Source: Pseudomonadota bacterium
GTDB lineage: Bacteria > Bdellovibrionota_B > Oligoflexia > Oligoflexales > CAIYRB01
Direction: 5' to 3'
DNA: 21,399 nucleotides
Assembly (NCBI GenBank): GCA_031416315.1
Contig: JANOTL010000045.1
Span: forward strand, 1 to 21,399
A program made the translations under genes and the position numbers. The notes beneath the pieces are model-generated. The model saw nothing but the letters and a program-made list of their open reading frames with translations, was not told the DNA's origin and ran no database searches. How positions within the stretch are numbered: position 1 is the first letter of the stretch; every line of letters starts with the position of its first letter. Shown here piece after piece: positions 16,833 through 21,399 of this stretch.

Positions 16833-18076
16833 AACTCGTCGTGGAGCGCCTGCATCGCCCGCTCGGCATCTTTTTCCGAGACGACGCAGGAGATCTTGAT
16901 CTCTGAGGTTGAGATCATGTGGATGTCGATGTCCGCGCCCGTGAGCGCTTGAAACGTGCGCCCGGCGACTCCCGAATAGCTGTGCATGCCGACCCCGACG
17001 CAAGAGACTTTCGAGATCCCCGTCTCGGCATAGACGCGCAGCTTGTCGTAGGATTTCTCGGCGACGAGCGCCGCGATCGCCTTCTGCGCGGTGTCCAGGT
17101 CGCCCTTGGCGACGGTGAAGCCGAGGCGCATCTGATCCGCCGCCTTCGGCTTGTCGTGCACGATGATGTCGACGTTGACGCCGAGCGCGCCGAGCTTGGC
17201 GAAGATCTCCGAGATCACCGACGAGTCCTTGCGCAGGCCTTCGAGGGTGATGCGCGCAATGTTCCGGTCTAGGGTGACGCCTTGAACGGCGAGGGCTTCG
17301 ATCGGCGTGGTCTCGGTCTGCGACATGATCCAGGTCCTTTGATGCTCGTTCGGAGTGAAGGTATTGCGGACGGTGATCGGCATCTTCCATTTGGCGCCGA
17401 GCTCGACGCAACGGGGATGCAGCACCTTGCTGCCGAGAGACGCCATCTCCAGCGCGGTCTCGTAGTCCATGCGCTCGATCAACTTCGCGCCCGGCACGAT
17501 GCGCGGGTCGGCGGTGAAGACGCCGTCGACGTCAGTGTTGATCTCGCAAAAGACGGCTTCGAGGGCGACGGCCAAGGCGACGGCGCTCGTGTCGCTGCCG
17601 CCGCGGCCTAGGGTCGTGATCGTCATGTCGTCGGCGACGCCCTGAAAGCCGGCGATCACGGCGACGGCGCCGTTCTTCCAGGCCTCGTGGATGCCGGCGG
17701 TCGCGATCGACTTGATGCGCGCTTTCGAGTGGAGCTCGTCGGTCTTGATGCCGAGTTGGTAAGCGAGGAACGGCACGGCCTTGAGCCCCGCGCTCTCCAG
17801 CGCCGCGGTCGTCAGCGCCACGCTCACCTGCTCGCCGGCGGCGACGGCCATGTCGTACGCGGCGCCGCTGGCGTTCGGGTTCACCTGGCGCATCAGGTCG
17901 ACGAGGCGATTGGTCTCGCCGGATTGCGCGCTGACGACGATCGCGAGCTTCGTGTGGCCCGCCGCGAATTGCTTGGCGATGCGGTCGGCGACGGCTTTGA
18001 TGCGCTCCACCGATCCGACCGAAGTGCCGCCGTACTTTTGCACGATCGGACTAGCTGCTGGGAATTGCGCGTACAC
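16817..18076 (-). CDS. lysC: Aspartate kinase
   Basis: IVQKYGGTSVG, TTLGRGGSDTSAVALA, DVDGVFTADPR, and two C-terminal ACT domains (ISTSEIKISC). Confidence 0.97.
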   Translation of the reverse strand: MYAQFPAASPIVQKYGGTSVGSVERIKAVADRIAKQFAAGHTKLAIVVSAQSGETNRLVDLMRQVNPNASGAAYDMAVAAGEQVSVALTTAALESAGLKAVPFLAYQLGIKTDELHSKARIKSIATAGIHEAWKNGAVAVIAGFQGVADDMTITTLGRGGSDTSAVALAVALEAVFCEINTDVDGVFTADPRIVPGAKLIERMDYETALEMASLGSKVLHPRCVELGAKWKMPITVRNTFTPNEHQRTWIMSQTETTPIEALAVQGVTLDRNIARITLEGLRKDSSVISEIFAKLGALGVNVDIIVHDKPKAADQMRLGFTVAKGDLDTAQKAIAALVAEKSYDKLRVYAETGISKVSCVGVGMHSYSGVAGRTFQALTGADIDIHMISTSEIKISCVVSEKDAERAMQALHDEFQPSL

Positions 18077-18097
18077 GCGAGTCTCTTTCGCTGCGAA

Positions 18098-19357
18098 TTA
18101 TTGGTCGAGCGCCGCGAGCTCGTCCGCCCACAGCGCCGAAAGGCTCTCTCTTCGCCGTACCACTTTCCAGGCCGCGCCGTCGATCAGGACCTCTGGGGCG
18201 CGGGGGCGGCTGTTGTACTGGGAGGCCATCGAGGATCCGTAAGCGCCGGCGCTGCGGATGGCGAAGAGCGCGCCGGCCTTTGGCAGAGCTGCCTGCCGGT
18301 CCGTGCCGAGGATGTCGCCGGTCTCGCAGACGGGGCCGACGAAGTCGCAGAGCACCTGGGCGTCGCCCGGCTTCGTCGGCACGGCCGGGACGATGTCGTG
18401 GAACGCGTCGTACAGGCTCGGGCGCATGAGGTCGTTCATCGCCGCGTCGAGCACGATGAAATGGCGGGCCGGCGTCTGCTTCACGCCGAGGACTTTGGTC
18501 ACGAGGACCCCGGCATTGCCTACGAGGACGCGGCCGGGCTCGACGACGAGCTCGAGGCCGGTGGTGCGGACGGCGGAGACCAGCGCCCGCGCATAATCTT
18601 CGAGGCTAGGGGGCGTCTCGTCGGCGTAGCGGATGCCGAGGCCGCCGCCCAGATCGAGGAAGCTCAGGGGCGCGCCGCGGGCCTTCAAGCCTTTGGCGAT
18701 GTCCACCATACGGCGCGCGGCCTCGACGATCGGCGCGAGCTCGACGATCTGGCTGCCGATGTGGCAGCCGACGCCGACCAGGGCGAGGGCGGGATCGCGC
18801 AGAATGCGGTCGACCAAGGCCGGAAGCTCGGCCTCGGTCAGGCCGAACTTCGTCGAATGGAGGCCGGTCGCGATCTTCGGGTTGGTCTTCGCGTCGATGT
18901 TCGGATTGACGCGGAGGCTGATTCTGGCCTTCGTTCCCCGCGCGGTCGCGAGCTTCGAGATGGCCTCGAGCTCGTAGGTCGACTCGACGTTGAAGGACTT
19001 GATGCCCACCTCGAGCGCGCGGGCGATCTCGTCGTCGCGCTTGCCGACGCCGGAGAAGACGATCTTTTTCGGGTCGGCGCCGGCCAGGAGCGCGCGCTCG
19101 AGCTCGCCGACGGAGACCAGGTCGGCGCCCAGGCCCTCGCCGAAGATCAGCTTCAGGATCGAGAGGTTGCTGTTCGCTTTGACGGCGAAGCAGGCGGTCG
19201 TCGGGTAGCCGTCGAAGGCGTCCAACAACGCGCGGCACTGCTTCACGACCGTCGCGCGCGAGTAAACGTAGACCGGCGTTCCACAGGCCCGCGCCACCTC
19301 GTTCAGAGGCACGTTCTCGCAGCAGAGCTTGTCTTGTTTATAGGTGAAATGGTCCAC
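18098..19357 (-). CDS. lysA: Diaminopimelate decarboxylase
   Basis: GTPVYVYS, PLP lysine in FAVKAN, HIGSQ, DLGGG, EPGR, GPVCETGD and YNSRPR. GTG start inferred at 19357. Confidence 0.96.
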   Translation of the reverse strand: MDHFTYKQDKLCCENVPLNEVARACGTPVYVYSRATVVKQCRALLDAFDGYPTTACFAVKANSNLSILKLIFGEGLGADLVSVGELERALLAGADPKKIVFSGVGKRDDEIARALEVGIKSFNVESTYELEAISKLATARGTKARISLRVNPNIDAKTNPKIATGLHSTKFGLTEAELPALVDRILRDPALALVGVGCHIGSQIVELAPIVEAARRMVDIAKGLKARGAPLSFLDLGGGLGIRYADETPPSLEDYARALVSAVRTTGLELVVEPGRVLVGNAGVLVTKVLGVKQTPARHFIVLDAAMNDLMRPSLYDAFHDIVPAVPTKPGDAQVLCDFVGPVCETGDILGTDRQAALPKAGALFAIRSAGAYGSSMASQYNSRPRAPEVLIDGAAWKVVRRRESLSALWADELAALDQ

Positions 19358-19364
19358 GTTCGCG

Positions 19365-19817
19365 TCAGTTCGGGTTCGGGTCCGTACCCGTACCCGTGCT
19401 CGACGGCTGGGCGCCGGCATGGCCGGTGCCGGCGTCAGCGGCGTGCGGGTCGTGCGCGACGACTCCGGTCACTTCCGGATGCGGGGTCATCGGGACGCCG
19501 GTGGCCTGCGCGGTCGTCTGATTGGCGTGGCCGTGCGCGTCGGGCAGCGCGGTCGCGGTCGTCGGCACCGTCTGTGGGCTCGCTTGCGCCTGGGCCGAAA
19601 GCATCTGCTTCATGTGCGTCACTTCCTCGCGGCGAATCTCGTCCTCGGCGTCTTTCAGGACGCCCTCGAAGGTTCCCTTGACGTCGTTCGCGGTGCGGCG
19701 GATGTGGACGAAGAATTTGCCAGCCTGCTTCATCACTTCCGGCAGTCTCTTGGGGCCGACGAAGACCAGCGCCACGATGGCGATGACGACGAGCTCGAAG
19801 AAACCAATCCCGAACAT
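19365..19817 (-). CDS. tatB: Twin-arginine translocase subunit TatB
   Basis: MFGIGFFELVVIAIVALVFVGPKRLPEV followed by an amphipathic helix and a low-complexity tail. Confidence 0.85.
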   Translation of the reverse strand: MFGIGFFELVVIAIVALVFVGPKRLPEVMKQAGKFFVHIRRTANDVKGTFEGVLKDAEDEIRREEVTHMKQMLSAQAQASPQTVPTTATALPDAHGHANQTTAQATGVPMTPHPEVTGVVAHDPHAADAGTGHAGAQPSSTGTGTDPNPN

Positions 19818-19883
19818 GCGCGCACTCCAGACTGGGCGGAAAATAAGGCTTGAGCAGCCCTAGCGTACCGGAAATCCGCGAAC

Positions 19884-19912
19884 TTGGCATGTTTCTCATG
19901 CTCTGCTAGGCT
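19884..19912 (+). promoter_or_regulatory. Putative sigma70 promoter for the gene at 19941 and xth
   Basis: TTGGCA-17 bp-TAGGCT with an extended TGn element; GGAGG RBS downstream. Confidence 0.45.
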
Positions 19913-19940
19913 CCGAGCCTCAATTCGTGGAGGCTTCGTC

Positions 19941-20513
19941 ATGCTGCGGTTGCTCGTTTCCTCGCTGCCTTTGCTCTTCGTCTCGACTTTCGCCGCCGCT
20001 TTCGGCAGCGGTCCCGCGCCGACCCTCTTCGCGCCGGGCAAGGTCGTCTATGCGAAGGTTGCCATCCACTGCGAGCGCAAGGGTGACGCGATGTACGCGT
20101 ACAGCACCAACTACATCGGCCTCGACACGGTGATCCCGGTGAACGCCAAGCTGACCGTCCTCAGCGCCGACGACGACGAGGTCCGCTTCGCCCGCGAGAA
20201 CAACACGCCGCTGGAGATCGAGTACGTCGAGAAGCACAACAAGGTGTCGTTCTCCGACTGGGCCAACAAGAATTTCGCCGAGAAGGCCGTCGAGCTGCCC
20301 AAGGACCTCTCCGACAAAGAGAAGAAGGCGATCGAGGCCGGCCGCTACGAGGTCGGCATGTCGCGCAGGGCGATTTTCCTCGCCATCGGCTACCCGCCGA
20401 AGAGCCTGACCCTCGACGACACGGACCGCGTCCTGAAATACGCGAAGAAGCGTTTCAACAACGTCTCCCTGACCTTCGACGACAAGGACAAAGTCATCGA
20501 CGTCAAGGACTGA
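19941..20513 (+). CDS. Secreted hypothetical protein with a C-terminal SmpA/BamE-like motif
   Basis: GGAGG RBS before the ATG at 19941, signal peptide MLRLLVSSLPLLFVSTFAAA, and VGMSRRAIFLAIGYPP...YAKKRF...LTFDDKDKVIDV. Confidence 0.7.
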   Translation: MLRLLVSSLPLLFVSTFAAAFGSGPAPTLFAPGKVVYAKVAIHCERKGDAMYAYSTNYIGLDTVIPVNAKLTVLSADDDEVRFARENNTPLEIEYVEKHNKVSFSDWANKNFAEKAVELPKDLSDKEKKAIEAGRYEVGMSRRAIFLAIGYPPKSLTLDDTDRVLKYAKKRFNNVSLTFDDKDKVIDVKD

Positions 20514-20529
20514 GGCTGAGCGAGCGCGC

Positions 20530-21297
20530 ATGAAAATCGTCACCTGGAACGTCAACTCCGTCACGCCGCGTAAAGAGCGCCTCCTCGCCTTCCTCGCGCG
20601 CGAGGCTCCGGACGTGATCTGCATCCAGGAGTTGAAGTGCGTCGACGAGAAGTTCCCGCTCGCGGAGATCACGGCGGCCGGCTACCACGCCACGGTCTAC
20701 GGGCAAAAGACCTATAACGGCGTCGCCATCCTCTCGCGCGAGGCCCCGATCGAGGTCGAGCGCGGCATGGGCGACGGCGCCGCGGACGACGCCGCCCGCC
20801 TCGTCACGGCGCGTTTCGCGAGCGGCCTGAGCGTCGTTTGCGCCTACGTGCCGAACGGTCAAGAGGTCGGCAGCGACAAATACCGCTACAAGCTCGGCTG
20901 GCTCGAGCGTTGCCGCGCTTACCTCGACCGGCGCTTCTCGCCGAAGGACCGGCTCGTCGTGGTCGGCGATTTCAACGTCGCCCCGCGCGATCTCGACGTG
21001 CACGATCCGGACGCCTGGTACGAGAAGATCCTCTGCTCGACCTCCGAGCGCATGGGGCTCGCGAAGCTCATCGACTTCGGCCTCGTCGACACCTTCGCCT
21101 CGCTCTACCCGGGGAAGCAGGCCTTCACCTGGTGGGACTATCGAATGCTCGGCTTCCCGAAAAACCACGGGCTCAGGATCGATCTGATCTTAGCGACCGA
21201 GCCGATGGTAACGAAGCTTTCCGAGGTAAGGGTCGACCGAGACGAGCGCAAGGGCGAAAAGCCCTCGGACCACGCCCCGGTGATCGCCAGTTTCTAG
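20530..21297 (+). CDS. xth: Exodeoxyribonuclease III / AP endonuclease
   Basis: MKIVTWNVNS, CIQELK, YNGVAILS, YVPNG, GDFNVAP, FTWWDYR, GLRIDLIL and PSDHAPV. Confidence 0.97.
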   Translation: MKIVTWNVNSVTPRKERLLAFLAREAPDVICIQELKCVDEKFPLAEITAAGYHATVYGQKTYNGVAILSREAPIEVERGMGDGAADDAARLVTARFASGLSVVCAYVPNGQEVGSDKYRYKLGWLERCRAYLDRRFSPKDRLVVVGDFNVAPRDLDVHDPDAWYEKILCSTSERMGLAKLIDFGLVDTFASLYPGKQAFTWWDYRMLGFPKNHGLRIDLILATEPMVTKLSEVRVDRDERKGEKPSDHAPVIASF

Positions 21298-21299
21298 GA

Positions 21300-21399
21300 T
21301 CAGGGTGCCGGCGGCGGCATCTCCGCCTCGGCTGCTTCGGCTTGGGCGGTTTCCTGCGCTTGAATCGCCGCCGCGTTTTCCGCCGTCACCGTCGTCGTC
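21300..21399 (-). CDS. 3' end of a convergent gene that starts outside the window
   Basis: Open frame TTTVTAENAAAIQAQETAQAEAAEAEMPPPAP* with TGA at 21302-21300, 2 bp from the xth stop. Confidence 0.5.
   Translation of the reverse strand, partial: TTTVTAENAAAIQAQETAQAEAAEAEMPPPAP

Noticed and set aside
19358..19420. lysA N-terminal extension MPAPSRRARVRVRTRTRT, which looks like a Tat signal
   Set aside because: It is an alternative-frame reading of the tatB tail repeat and has no hydrophobic h-region. LysA similarity starts at VDHF.
17687..19681. 664-aa plus-strand ORF
   Set aside because: Antisense shadow of lysC/lysA/tatB; Arg/Gly-rich with no domain signal.

Overview
GC-rich bacterial window. 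Gene content and sequence style suggest a deltaproteobacteria-like or Bdellovibrionota/Oligoflexia-like organism (inference). The left 13.4 kb is one tightly packed minus-strand flagellar operon: fliL-fliM-fliN-fliO-fliP-fliQ-fliR-flhB-flhA-flhF-flhG-fliA-cheY, then a degenerate PilZ-like gene and a TM/coiled-coil/DUF2802 (FipA-like) gene. It is headed by a sigma54-type promoter with upstream FleQ-like GTC-N8-GAC boxes. Divergent from it are two translationally coupled, paralogous OprO/P-like outer-membrane beta-barrel genes, followed by a lipoprotein monoheme cytochrome c. This trio is the least explained and most interesting part of the window. A REPIN-like inverted doublet separates the cytochrome from a convergent tatB-lysA-lysC unit. 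The right end has a secreted hypothetical protein and xth, and a partial alpha/beta hydrolase sits at the left edge. No RNA genes, CRISPR arrays or transposases were seen.
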